Assembly (NCBI RefSeq): GCF_006345805.1 | Contig: NC_043005.1 | Coordinates: 31,000,001 to 31,064,000, forward strand | Length of the DNA stretch: 64,000 bases | Reading direction: 5' to 3' | DNA from: Octopus sinensis | Lineage: Eukaryota | In this document: positions 25,244 to 38,290 of the stretch, in pieces | How positions within the stretch are numbered: the first letter of the stretch is position 1 | How the letters are laid out: every line of letters starts with the position of its first letter | The notes under the pieces: model-generated | The model's database searches: none | What the model saw: only the letters and a program-made list of their open reading frames with translations | What the model was told of the DNA's origin: nothing | Position numbers and translations under genes: made by a program

Positions 25244-26626
25244 GGTAAAATTACAGAGTAACACCCGCACGATTTTCACTAAAAAAAAAAAATCGGATTT
25301 TTTGCGTGGAATCAAGTACCCTGACCTCGTAATATGCTGTAAATCCCATATTTTGGTTAGTAAGGGAGGGCAGCCCCCTCCCCCCCGGGAATTTTCACTA
25401 AGGAAAAATTTTTTTTTTTAAATTCGGATTTTTTGCGTTGAATCAAGTACTCAGACCTCCTTACCCTAATATGCTGCAAATCCCTTATTTTGTTTTCGGA
25501 CGTTGTGTTATGTTTAAATGCATTGATTGTTTATTTTGGTAACTTTTGTTTTTGTTTTTTCTTAAAACGCTGGCATGAAGCTGTAAAACTTTGAGAAAGA
25601 GAGGGGACAGAGAGAATGTTGAGAGAGATCAGAAACAAAAATTAGAACGCGACATTTGCTGACCTGTCGTAATTGCTTAATTGCAATTCCAGGGGTGCTA
25701 ATGTAGATCTGCACCTCTCCTAGAAAAAATGCATTTTTCTGAAAAAGTTTATTTAGAGTCCTAGGTTTTATATGTCAGAATAAACTTTTTCAGAAAAATA
25801 CATTTCTGAAGGGGAGGTGTGAATTTGCATTAGTCCCATTCCTAAATCTTTTAGTGGGTGCATCAAATAGCTTTTCCGTCATCCTCAATAACTTCACGGA
25901 TGCGAAAATGAAGGACATATATAACAGGTATGTAGAACATATATTTCTGTACTTTCTGTTTATTCGTATAAATCATTGAAATTGTTGTGCGCGCGCACAC
26001 AGACACGAATACACCAATTATACACAATTTCTATATATATTTAATAACGAACCATGTAATTCACACCCAGGAAATTTTATTTCTGTAAAATGTTGGGAGT
26101 GGGTGAAACATCCGAGGCTTTCCACCTCACCCCACTCCATTTTTCGAACCGCAAAAAGGGTTTTCTACCTTGTTGGGATGGGTTATGTTAGCTTGTCAAG
26201 GGAATTCATTCAACGAAAAAAAAAAAATCCAATTCGCCACCCCCTTTTACAAACCAAAATAAGGGATTTGCAACACATTAGGGTAAGGAGGTCAGAGTAC
26301 TTGATTCAACACAAAAAATCCGAATTTTAGAAAAAATATTTTTCCTTAGTGAAAATTCGGGGGGGGGGCGTCCCTTCCGAACCAAAATATGGGATTTACA
26401 GCATATTACGAGGTCAGGGTACTTGATTCCACGCAAAAAATCTGAGTTTTGTTTTTTCTTTAGTGAAAATTCCGGGTGGGGGTGGGGATCCCCCCCACTT
26501 GCGGACCAAAATATGGGATTTGCAGCATATTAGGAGGTCAGGATACTTGATTCCACGCAAAAAATCCGATTTCTTTTTTTGTTTTTTTTAGTGAAAATCG
26601 TGCGAGTGTTACTCTTTTATTTTACC
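25244..26626. mobile_element. Foldback-type element with modular inverted subterminal repeats
   Basis: Termini GGTAAAAT...ATTTTACC. Two ~110-bp modules on the left and three inverted modules on the right. Absent from unit 1 (empty site near 11258). Confidence 0.85.
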
Positions 26627-27434
26627 GATCTTTTTTATTAATGGTCTTGCTTAAACCAGAATTCCGCCTAAAGTCTACAAAATGGCTATTATTTTAACAA
26701 TAATTTTACTAGTGATGCTATAAAAGGAGGTTGTTGATTTATTCTCATAACAGGCAGGGTTTTTCAGTTGCGCAACAAACAACATTCACTCCAGCAACGC
26801 GGTGTTACGTTAGGAACTCGTTGAGGGGGCGAGCCTTCCATTATTCATCTCGAGAAGAAAACAGCAGCAGGAGGCAGCTGTAATAATTCAGCGGAGTTTG
26901 TTTTGACTGGAAATGATTTAAGGCAGTTTTATGATTTTAAAAAGAAGCAGTGAGCAGCCTTTTCGGTATAATAAAAAAAAAAAAAAGGGTCTCTAGCGCA
27001 CATCGCACGACCACCTGATACCTTCCTCGTTATTTCTCACTGTAGTTTTCCAATATCTTAAAATTTACAACCCGCTCCTTCGTCGCTGCGGGTTGTCGAA
27101 CATATGCAAATTGAAATTAAATAGACAAAAAACAAAGGATTTGCACCTCACTAGTTTGCCTCAATTTCAAATTTTAAACTTTCTCATTTATTTACTTATA
27201 CCTTATCTCTCTACACCGGAACCCATCTTCTAAAATGAATCCGAAGGAAAAAAAAAGTATCGAAAACGCAGGAGTGACACTTGGAAAGTTAGGGGGAAGG
27301 GTAGATTGAGGTGGACAATATAAATTTGGAGGGGAAAAAAGCTTTAAAACTTAATTGGGGAGATGAATTAAAAAGGATTTAAGACAAAAATCGCAAACAA
27401 GAAGCCGAAAGAAAACAACACGCAAAGTGTGAGA

Positions 27435-27450
27435 GGCCCTGAAAAGGACC
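27435..27450 (-). terminator. Histone 3' stem-loop of H2A (unit 2)
   Basis: Reverse complement is GGTCCT TTTC AGGGCC. Confidence 0.9.
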
Positions 27451-27490
27451 GTTGATACGATAAAGCACAAATGCCTCAGTATTAAGTAAT

Positions 27491-27868
27491 TTACTTGGCT
27501 GCCTTCTGAGTCTTCTTGGGGAGAAGGACAGCTTGGATGTTGGGAAGAACACCACCCTGGGCGATGGTCACTCCAGACAAAAGTTTGTTCAATTCTTCGT
27601 CGTTACGGATGGCCAACTGCAAGTGACGGGGAATAATTCTCGATTTCTTGTTGTCTCTGGCAGCATTTCCTGCCAATTCCAACACCTCAGCAGCCAAATA
27701 TTCCATCACAGCGGCCAAGTAGACTGGGGCTCCGGCACCAACACGTTGAGCATAGTTTCCCTTACGGAGAAGACGGTGGATACGACCGACGGGGAACTGA
27801 AGCCCGGCGCGGGATGAGCGGGTCTTGCTCTTTCCCTTTACTTTACCTCCTTTACCACGTCCAGACAT
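27491..27868 (-). CDS. H2A: Histone H2A type 1 (unit 2)
   Basis: Intact 125-aa ORF, protein identical to 13843-14220. Confidence 0.97.
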   Translation of the reverse strand: MSGRGKGGKVKGKSKTRSSRAGLQFPVGRIHRLLRKGNYAQRVGAGAPVYLAAVMEYLAAEVLELAGNAARDNKKSRIIPRHLQLAIRNDEELNKLLSGVTIAQGGVLPNIQAVLLPKKTQKAAK

Positions 27869-28134
27869 ATTCAAAGATTGACAGAAGCTTTCAGCAAAAT
27901 ACACCAAATAATATTTTTTTGAGCTTCTTTTGCCTTTAAATACAAGTTAGGAGGCTCCAGCAGTCACAAGCTGCTGAGCGAAAACGAGCGCGGTCTCATG
28001 TCACGTGATTAGGCTGCTGTCAAAATCCACCAATGAAATTGAAAGGCGCGCAATGTCAGCTAGTTGCTCCGCTGAGCCTACTTGTCAATTATAAATAGAG
28101 TAGGCAAGCAGTTTGACCGTATGTAACTGACATT

Positions 28135-28512
28135 ATGCCACCAACACCAGCAACTGCTTCGAAAGGAGCCAAGAAGGCTTCCAAGGCTAAGGCCTCTCGC
28201 CCTACCGGCGACAAGAAGCGAAAGAAGAAGAGGAAGGAAAGTTATTCCATCTACATCTACAAAGTAATGAAACAAGTCCACCCCGACACTGGCATCTCCA
28301 GCAAAGCTATGTCCATCATGAACAGTTTTGTCAACGATCTGTTCGAAAGAATAGCCTCTGAATCTAGCCGTTTGGCTCACTACAACAAACGTTCAACCAT
28401 CAGTAGCCGTGAGGTTCAGACTGCTGTCCGTCTTCTCCTCCCTGGTGAGTTGGCCAAGCACGCAGTCTCTGAGGGTACCAAGGCTGTCACCAAGTACACT
28501 AGCAGCAAGTAA
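28135..28512 (+). CDS. H2B: Histone H2B (unit 2)
   Basis: Intact 125-aa ORF (MPPTP versus MPPAP in unit 1). Stem-loop at 28542-28557. Confidence 0.97.
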   Translation: MPPTPATASKGAKKASKAKASRPTGDKKRKKKRKESYSIYIYKVMKQVHPDTGISSKAMSIMNSFVNDLFERIASESSRLAHYNKRSTISSREVQTAVRLLLPGELAKHAVSEGTKAVTKYTSSK

Positions 28513-30193
28513 ATCTACTTAGTGTTTGCTCTGCGAATAACGGTCCTTTTCAGGACCACCCATATTCTCATGATTGTTACTTTCGACTTTCTATTGATTT
28601 GCGTTGTCTTTGTAAAATGTCTTGACGATACCTAAAACTGTATTTATAGCAGAATTCTCCCTGACGTCCAGGTGTATTTCATGCAAAGCTGGTTCTTTCT
28701 AAGGATACTTTGGTTTGGCTATGTCTTTAATTTTATTGAAGTTGGCACTGTCATGCTTTTATGCAAACATGTTAGGCACGCACTTTATCTCGGCACTACT
28801 AGCGAACAGTGCGCACTAGCTAGTCGTAAGTAGTCGGTCCTACAACGACTTGCGCGTATACATGTTTGTATTTCAACGCTGAATACATATAAAAAAAATG
28901 GGTTATTTATATTTTTCGAACAAAGTAAATAATTTTTTAAAAGTTTTTTAACTCTAAACCTAACCTTATTTTGTTTATAAAAAATAATTTATTTACTTAG
29001 TTTATATTTTTCGAACAAAGTAGATAAAACGCAAAGAAAAAACATTTTCAAAATTTCAACCCCACCCACCACTTCATTTTTCACTTTATTCAGATTTTTT
29101 TTTTGCGAAATACGATTATTTTGAAAAATAAAAATATTTGCAATATTTCAAGAAAAAAAAAGTATATGTACCCTCAGGCCTTCAAGCAGACTGTTCACTT
29201 GCTAGAAATAGCAGCTAAATTTCACAAAACTGCGGTAACATAAATGAAATTTCGAAAATACGATTTTTAAAAATTTTATCGGAATCGGATCCTCCGTAAC
29301 CATAAACGTGGAATTCCGTAACAAAAAAAAATCAAAATATATCCATTTTACCCGAAGTAATGACGGAAAAATCGCATCTTGTGAATTTTCCGAAAGTCCC
29401 CTTTCCCTACCCCCATGGTCGCCAGCGCGTATTTTTGTTTTCATATTCGTTTTCCACACACTTGTTGACACCCCAGGCTGGTTTAATTTTTTTTTCCTGG
29501 GTGAGGATCTTTATATTAACCGATCTTTGAGGTTTGCAACAACCTCATCAATTTTACTGCAATCAAATATTGCAGTATTCTCTTAAATAGAATTTCCTGA
29601 TAACACCATTACGGCTCATATACAATATATGCAAAATTTTGATTTGTAACATAGTACAGACAGACAAAATCACACGTTAGCACACAAGGCGAAATGATTA
29701 GCAACATTTTATCCATCTTAACGTTTTGAACTCAACCGAGGACGATGTGATCGATGAGCCCCCTTCCTACAAAATTTCAGGCCTTGTGAAGAAAAAAAAT
29801 ATTTCTAACAAGCTATTAATTTTTGGATATAGGATCCACAGTAGCCGACTGGTAGGCTAAGTCGATTTAGAACGATGTAACTAATGGCTGCATTTTAAAC
29901 TCTTGATAGTTCGGGTGTAAAATTTATGAGCAACTGGTACAATTTGAGATTTGAATTCCTTTCACTTGCTTTTGTTTACCATTTCCTCCGGGGCTACAAG
30001 TTGATGCAACAGATGACGATTATTTTAATCTGGCGCCTTGTGATTTCATTGGTTAAAATTCAAAAGTCAAGTGACATGGATGCCTAATTAGCAACTACTA
30101 CGTCATGGAGCCGACTAAAGCTTATTTAAAGGTAAAGTAAATATAACCAGCTAAATTTGCTGTTCGCTGCATAATCTGCAACCAATTTGAATA

Positions 30194-30571
30194 ATGTCTG
30201 GACGTGGTAAAGGAGGTAAAGTAAAGGGAAAGAGCAAGACCCGCTCATCCCGTGCCGGTCTTCAGTTCCCCGTCGGCCGTATCCACCGTCTTCTCCGTAA
30301 GGGAAACTATGGTGAACGTATTGGTGCCGGGGCCCCAGTCTACCTTGCTGCTGTAATGGAATATTTGGCTGCTGAGGTGTTGGAATTGGCAGGAAATGCT
30401 GCCAGAGACAACAAGAAATCAAGAATTATTCCCCGTCACTTGCAGTTGGCCATCCGTAACGACGAAGAATTGAACAAACTTTTGTCTGGAGTGACCATCG
30501 CCCAGGGTGGTGTCCTTCCCAACATCCAAGCTGTCCTTCTCCCCAAGAAGGCCAACAAGCCAGCTAAGTAA
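30194..30571 (+). CDS. H2A: Histone H2A type 2 (GNYGERIG; C-terminus KKANKPAK)
   Basis: Intact 125-aa ORF. Stem-loop GGCCCT TTTT AGGGCC at 30596-30611. Confidence 0.96.
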   Translation: MSGRGKGGKVKGKSKTRSSRAGLQFPVGRIHRLLRKGNYGERIGAGAPVYLAAVMEYLAAEVLELAGNAARDNKKSRIIPRHLQLAIRNDEELNKLLSGVTIAQGGVLPNIQAVLLPKKANKPAK

Positions 30572-33072
30572 ATGAACTGATTTTCAACAAGAAACGGCCC
30601 TTTTTAGGGCCACTATATCTTATGTAAAGTTATCTCTTGACTTAAATTTCATGCGATAAGTGGTTTAATTTCCATTAATTTGTTTAGATTTAGCTTTCAC
30701 GTTTAGGTAAATGGAGTAGATAGATTGACGTTAAAATAGGATGCACCAGTGACCAAAATGCGCGGAAAAGTTGAATAGATGTCTTCTATAAATTGAATTT
30801 GTGGAAACGGTCGTATTTAAAAACTGTGTTTATTAAGTTGAAAGTGAACTTAGATATCCAAATGTTTATTTTCTAGTTTCGTTAGTAGCCAAGGATTTTC
30901 TCTTCCGGGGCGGGATATGATTTGCTTTGCAGAATCTGTTGTTACAGGGGAATGTTGTTTTTTCTTTATATGCATGTAATAAGTGAAAACCCGATCCAGT
31001 GGACATGATTTGGAAGCAATTTAAATTTTGAGTAGGTGTTCAAAAATAATACATTACATACTATCAGCTTCTTTTGTCAGTTTGAATATTATTTGCGTAT
31101 AAAATGGGACCGTTATTTGAAAATTTAATTCTGATCGTCAACGCAAACATTGTACACGTAGTTTTCATTATAATTAAGTCTACTGTCCACTGAACCTGCT
31201 AGAAATAGCAGTCAAAATCAACTCATCTAAAGAAAAAATTCCTCTGACAACTGATTCGTCAAAGCAAATATCTCGCTCCGAAAGAGAAAATCTTAGGCTA
31301 CTAACGAAACGTTTTAGAAATTAACATTTATTTAAATATCCAAGTTTACTTTAACCTCAACAAACATAGCTTTTAAATCTAAATAGGAGCAGGCACGGCT
31401 GCGAGGTAAAAAGCTTGCTTTTCAACCACATGATTCTGGCACCTTGGGCAAGTGTCTTCTATATCCCTTGAGTGGATTTGGTAGACGTATATGTGTCTGT
31501 TCCCCGCCACCATCGCTTGGCAACCGATATTGATGTTTACGTCTCCGGCAAAAGGAGACGATAGAATAAGTACCAGGCTTACATTGAAAGTCCTGGGGTC
31601 GATTTCTTTGAGGTAGTGCTCTGGCATGGCCGCAGTCAAAATTCAAGTAAAAGAATAAATATAAGAAACGGTTTTAAAGTTTTAAAAGGTTTCTCTGTGT
31701 TTGTTGAAGATAAAGTAAACTATTAGGTATTTAAATACTTATTTTCTAAAATGGAAACGTTTCATTAATAGTTAAAGATGTTCTCTTTCGGGGCGGAATA
31801 CCATTTGCTCTGAAGAATCGCCTATTAGAAGTGAATATTTTCTTTTCCTTTAGATAGGTGATATTGACAGCGATTTTTATCAGATTTGACTAATTGAAAT
31901 GAAAATTTAAGTACATGTACCGCATTTCTCTATGGTAATATTGCGTTGACGGTCAGAAAAAATTTCAAATAACGGTTCCCTTTTATACACGAGCAAGTCA
32001 TTTTCAAATTTTATCAGACTAACTGTTTTCAAACTGACAAAAAAAACGTACGTAACGGGAAAATGACAGGAACAGAACGATGTACGGTTATAATTTTTTA
32101 AAACTGAGTTTTGACAACCACTACGCAAACAATGCCCAATTCAAAGAGTACTACACGGTGACTGAGTACTTACTACAATACAGTATGTATATTAGGGAGT
32201 AATATTTATGTAACCTCTTCACTATTGTAGACTTAAAAGAAAAAAAAAACTCAGATTGTAATGGGAAAATGGAAACGGGTTGTTTAATAGAACTTTTACA
32301 AAATGCTTATCCGGGTCTTTTCCATCCCCAATAAGGTCGGTTATGCGGGGGAATCCTGCCTTACGCACGGCATTTATAAACCTATTTTTGAGAGGATTTA
32401 AGATTGAAAAAAATAAACTTTAAAATCAATTTACGAAGTCTGGATTAGGGGCATTTTAAAAATCCGAATTGTTTGCTTAAAACCCAGCAATGCGTTGAAA
32501 GATTGAAACAAATAAGAGTATGAGACATGCTAAAAACCCTTAAACAGTGCAAATTTTATTTTGGTCCTTGCATCGTATAAATTCCTGCGTCGAATACACA
32601 TTCGCAAAACCTTTTGAAAATTCCAAATTGAGGGGTTATATGCAGTGCATAAAGCAAGATTCAGTCCGAATTTCTAATTCAGTTAAGATACGCAAGATAT
32701 TTCAAATACAGAGTTAACTTCTAAAAACTTTTTTCTTTATACATAGACGTAACGAAAGAAACTGAGAAATATCGAAATTTGCCCATTAAAATCTAAGCGT
32801 ACGACTTCGTGATAACATTAAAATATCGCGCTCCAGTGTAAGATAAGAACTAAGGACCTTCTCTAATACACACATAAAATGCAGTTACACCCACAAAATG
32901 AATGTTAATGAAAACGACGACTACATACGTGTACCTAAGAGGATTGACCATCACCGTTCGGGTTCCATTCGTTTATGCAAGGTAATACAGTAAGTATAAA
33001 GACAGCAGAAACCTGAAAAATGTAACTAAGCGAAAAGCATATCAACCGAGGGGACTTTCGATATAATATAGG

Positions 33073-33088
33073 GGCCCTAAAAAGGGCC
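33073..33088 (-). terminator. Histone 3' stem-loop of the intact H3
   Basis: Reverse complement is GGCCCT TTTT AGGGCC. Confidence 0.92.
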
Positions 33089-33110
33089 ATTCTACAGTGC
33101 TAAAAGCAAC

Positions 33111-33660
<550 letters not shown>

Positions 33661-33799
33661 GCTGCTGCTGATATCACACTGTTCATTCGCTATCCTATCT
33701 TCCTAAGTGCTAGATTATAGTAGTTTTTATTTTTGTTAAAAATGTATTCATTAGATGATAATAGATTACTTCTTTCTAATGTTAATTGTCAGATTTTTT

Positions 33800-34830
33800 A
33801 TAATGTTATAAGGATGGTTAATTTGAGGGTTTATGTATGTGATATTGTTGTTAGGCTTACGGTAAGGTTGATATGAGGAAGTATTACGGTTAAAGTTAAC
33901 GTCTAGGAAGTTCACGGGGTTGTTACCTGTTTCAATAGTGATGGATAGTCCTCGGTTTTTGAAGAAATTGTGTAGTCTTTTTTTTTTTTAGTAGAGTTCA
34001 AGTTTCCTATTGGTGGTATTTCTAAGAATAGTTCGTCGTCGCGGTAAAGACCACCTTCCAGTTCAGGGAATTCTTTAAATAGGTGTAGAAGTTAAATTCC
34101 GACTAAATTGGTTACTTCAGCGGTGTCTTGCGCGCCCATGGGTACATCGAAACAGTCTGGTGTATCCTTCTTTGTCCAATATTTACCTTGATAAAATATT
34201 ATAGTTTTTCTAGCTTCAAGTATGATTTTAATTTCTTTCATTGATAATTTAATCATATTCTTGGCAAAGATAAGTGCTTAATTGATTAATATAGGGTTGA
34301 TAGATTGGTAATAGTTGGATGAATTTACATTTTTTCTTATCTTGTATGTTGTATCTAGTGGGTTTTTTTTTTTTTTACCACAGGTTGAGTATTATTTTGG
34401 ATTTCAATAAATGTATAGATTTCCTGTTTATCGGACAATACGATTATACCTTTTAATTTTGAGAGTTCATTAACTTTATGCTTCAAATAACGTAGATGAT
34501 TATTCCTTAGAACGCTTTTAAAAACTTAATATTTCTTAGTAGTCTTCTAATTTTTCTAATATCCTATTTGCTGGTGGGATTTTCTGGGATGTAAAATTTC
34601 TTCTAATATTCATTAGTTCTTCGTTTGTTTTGCTGTCTAATTTTTCTTCTGTACTATTTTGTTTGTCAAAGAAAAGAGCTTTCCATTTCATTCTTCTGGT
34701 GATATGGAATTTAGCTATTATATATTTAATGTACTCCTTACGGGTAGGTGAAGAGACGTCTTTAAGAGATGTTTCAATATTAATCTTCTCCATTTTCATT
34801 TTTATTAGAAATCGGTTTCTTATTAACATT
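33800..34830 (-). mobile_element. Decayed Penelope-like element RT fragment
   Basis: Manual translation gives CFDVPMGAQDTAEVTNLVGI*...GGLYRDD near 34150-34033. N-terminal RRMKWKALFF in ORF 34536-34829. Confidence 0.8.
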
Positions 34831-35246
34831 TGGTTTATTAATAATGTTAATAGTAATATATATGTGAAAAGGTTGATAAAGAGCTATAAAGATTCCCATA
34901 GAAACTCAACAATTTTTTTTAAAATGGAGGAAAGGATATGTTAAAACTCAAAAGAATTTTAATACATGCAAATGATCGATTATTTTCCTTTATTAGATTT
35001 TTATATATGAATTATTTTCGTATATGTCAGTATACTTATGTGCACCCACTACTCCATAAATAAATTTTTAAATTCTGATGTTCACAATGCACCTTATATT
35101 AGTTAAACACTCATTACAATATACTTCTCTCTCACTTTATGCCTAGCTAGACTCTTAACTCACATTTTTATTCATACACAAACACAGTCAACCTACTAAA
35201 TATAGATAATTATAATTAAAAAAAAAATTACTACTTTGTCCTAGCT

Positions 35247-37030
35247 TTATTAGATGAGATGCCGGTTTTGTGCCGGGTAGAAGCACCACTGATGCTATAT
35301 TCCTGGTCCGACAACTGCAGGAGAAGTACCTAGCTAAAGATAAACCCCTCTACATAGCTTTTGTGGACTTGGAGAAAGCCTTTGACAGGGTTCCCTGATC
35401 CCTTATCTGGTGGTCGATGCGGAAACTGGAGATTGACGAATGGCTAATAAGGGCTGTACAGGCTCTATACAGAGAGGCTGTCAGCAAGGTTAGGATTGGC
35501 AATGAATATAGTGAAGAATTCCGGGTAGAAGTAGGTGTACACCAAGGCTCAGCCCTCAGTCCCCTTTTATTCATCATAGTCCTCCAGGCAATAACAGAGG
35601 AATTCAAAACAGGATGCCTCTGGGAGCTCCTCTATGCTGATGACCTGGCTCTCATAGCAGAATCACTACCGGAACTAGAAAAGAAATTCAAGGTGTGGAA
35701 GCAAGGGTTAGAATCAAAGGGCCTTAGAGTAAATGTAGCAAAGACCAAAGTTATAGTAAGCAGAAAGGCGAACTCAGCACACACACCCTCGGGCAGGTGG
35801 CCCTGCACAATCTGTAGGAAAGGGGTAGGTAGAAACTCCATAAGATGCACCCAATGTAAGCTATGGACGCATAAGAGGTGCAGCAACATCAAAGGGAAAT
35901 TAACTGATAAGATAGCTTTAATGTGCGGCAGATGCACAGGGACAATAGACACCACAGACATTCAGAAAACAGATTCCATCACACTCCAGGGGAAGAAACT
36001 AGAAGTAGTTGATAGTTTCCGCTACCTGGGTGACCAAGTTAGTAGTGGAGGTGTATGCTCAGAGAGTATCACCACTAGAATACGAATAGCCTGGGCAAAG
36101 TTCAGAAAGCTCCTACCCCTACTGGCGACAAAGGGTCTCTCGCTCAGAGTGAAAGGTAGATTGTATGGTGCATGTGTGCGAACTGCCATGCTTCACGGTA
36201 GTGAAACATGGGCTGTGACTGCAGAGGACATGCGTAGACTTGAAAGAAATGAAGCTAGCATGATCCACTGGATGTGTAATGTCAGTGTGCACGTACAACA
36301 GAGTGTAAGCATCCTGAGAGAAATGCTGGACATAAGAAGCATCAGATGTGGTGTGCAAGAGCGACGCTTGCGATGGTATGGTCATGTACTGTGGATGGAT
36401 GAGGAGAGATGTGTGAAGAAGTGCCACTCCCAAACAGTTGAAGGTATCAGGGGGAGAGGTAGACCCAGGAAGACAAGGGATGAGGTTGTCAAGCATGACC
36501 TCAGAGCGTTGGGCCTCACTGAGGCAATGGCGAAGGACCGAGATCTCTGGAGATATGCTGTGACTGCAAAGACCCGGGCTTCTTCCTGCACCAGTTCCGC
36601 ATAGCCCCTGCCCATTCAAAGTACCCTGGATTCCAGAACGTCCCGCTGTGCTTGAGGAGACCTGTTGAGTCAAGTACATGAACATGAAGATCGAAATAAA
36701 TATCAATGGAAATAGTAGTTGTGATACCTGTGCCGGTGGCACATAAAAAGCACCATCTGAACGTGGCTGTTGCCAGCGCCGCCTTGGCTGGCACGTTAAA
36801 AGCTCCAACCGATCGTGGCCAATGCCGGACCCCCCTGGTACCTGTGCAGGTGGCACGTAAAAAGCACCCACTACACTTGTGGAGTGGTTGGTGTTAGGAA
36901 GGGCATCCAGCTGTAGAAACTCTGCCAGATCAGACTGGAGCTTGGTGCAGCCCCTGGCTTCCCAGACCCCGGTCGAACCGTCCAACCCGTGCTAGCGTGG
37001 AAAACGGACGTTAAACGATGATGATGATGA
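35247..37030 (+). mobile_element. 5'-truncated RTE-type LINE with a Cys/His finger in the RT region and a (GAT)n tail
   Basis: FVDLEKAFDRVP*, HQGSALSP, LYADD and LHGSETW motifs; 395-aa ORF 35417-36604; 3' end gttaaacgatgatgatgatg. Confidence 0.87.
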
Positions 37031-37063
37031 AATATATATAATATAAATATATACATATATAAT

Positions 37064-37575
37064 CATCATTATCATTTAACGTCTGTTTTAAATGCTGGCA
37101 TGGGATGGACGGTTCGACTGGGGTCTGAGAAGCCAGGAGGTTGCACCAGGCTCCATTCTGATGTTGTAGTGTTTCTACAGCTGGATGCCCTTCTTAACGC
37201 CAACCACTCTAAGAGTGTAGTCGGTGCTTTTTTTACATGCTATTGGCACGGGTCAGAGGGGACTGGCATCGACCATGATCGGATGGTCCTTTTTACGTGA
37301 CACCGGCACGCGAGTCAGTCAAGGCAGCGCTGGCATCGGCCACGTTTGGATGGTGCTTTTTACGTGCCACCGGCACGGGGACCCCAACTACAATTTCCAT
37401 TTGATTGATTTGATTTGATTTTGATGTACTTGACTCAATAGGTTTCCTCAAGCACGGCATGCCGCCCTACGATCAAAGGTACTTTTGAGTGGGCTGGTTA
37501 TACGACACTGGTGTAGGTTACAGCTGTGAACTCACTTTATTTGCCGGGTCTTCTCAATCACGGCATATCCCTGCA
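37064..37575 (-). mobile_element. RTE-family 3'-end fragment, tail-to-tail with the previous copy
   Basis: Reverse complement of the 36550-37030-type sequence, starting catcatcattatcatttaacgtc. Confidence 0.8.
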
Positions 37576-37662
37576 TTTCTCACATCTATTTTCATTCCTC
37601 TACCTCACTCTCTATTTCCTATCTTATGTAAATTAACTATTGCTTAACAATCCTCTTACACC

Positions 37663-37710
37663 GTCTCTGATGAAGAAATATAATAAATATCCTAGAAACA
37701 GCTGTAAGAC
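37663..37710 (+). ncRNA. Degenerate minimal type I hammerhead ribozyme motif
   Basis: gtct-CTGATGA-[weak stem II]-GAAAC-AGCT-GTA-agac. Stem I is 4 bp and stem III is palindromic (CAGCTG). Confidence 0.55.
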
Positions 37711-37977
37711 CTTATATTTATAAATGTTCTAAAATCTACACAGCCTTGGTTTTTTTATCTCATTACGAAAAAAAATTTTTTTTATATACACACGCTGGTA
37801 TATGACCTAAGTTGGACTCCTTATTCGCATAATTACCGAATCTGGAACTTAAATATGGTCTATCCATAGCACTTATTCAGCATTACCTGACACCGTTACC
37901 TCTCATAACCTATATATATATATGCATATATATATACATGAATATATATATATACATACATATACACATATATATAC

Positions 37978-38290
37978 AGATTTTGGACAAAATAATGGAA
38001 ACGCCTTAAAATTTTAAACAAATTTATTTTAACATGGGGCAGGACCACCTTTGGCAGTAATTACAGCTTGAATTCTATGAGGTATGGACTCATACAAAGT
38101 TTGAATTGTTTCCAAAGGAATTTTTGTCCATTCTTCAGCTAATACAATATCCAGTTCTTGTAGTGATGATGGTGGAGGATATCGAATCCTTAATTGTTTT
38201 AAAATGCACTCTAAATGTTCAATAATATTGAGATCTGGGGACTGTGGTGGTCAGATAAGATGTTCAACTTCACTGGAATGCTCCACAACC
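37978..38290 (-). mobile_element. Tc1-like transposase 3' fragment
   Basis: Manual translation gives PPQSPDLNIIEHL...EEWTKIPLETIQTLYESIPHRIQAVITAKGG. Confidence 0.8.

Noticed and set aside
30194-30571. H2A type 2 as H2A.X or H2A.Z
   Set aside because: No C-terminal SQ(E/D) motif, no H2A.Z signature, and it has a replication-dependent stem-loop.
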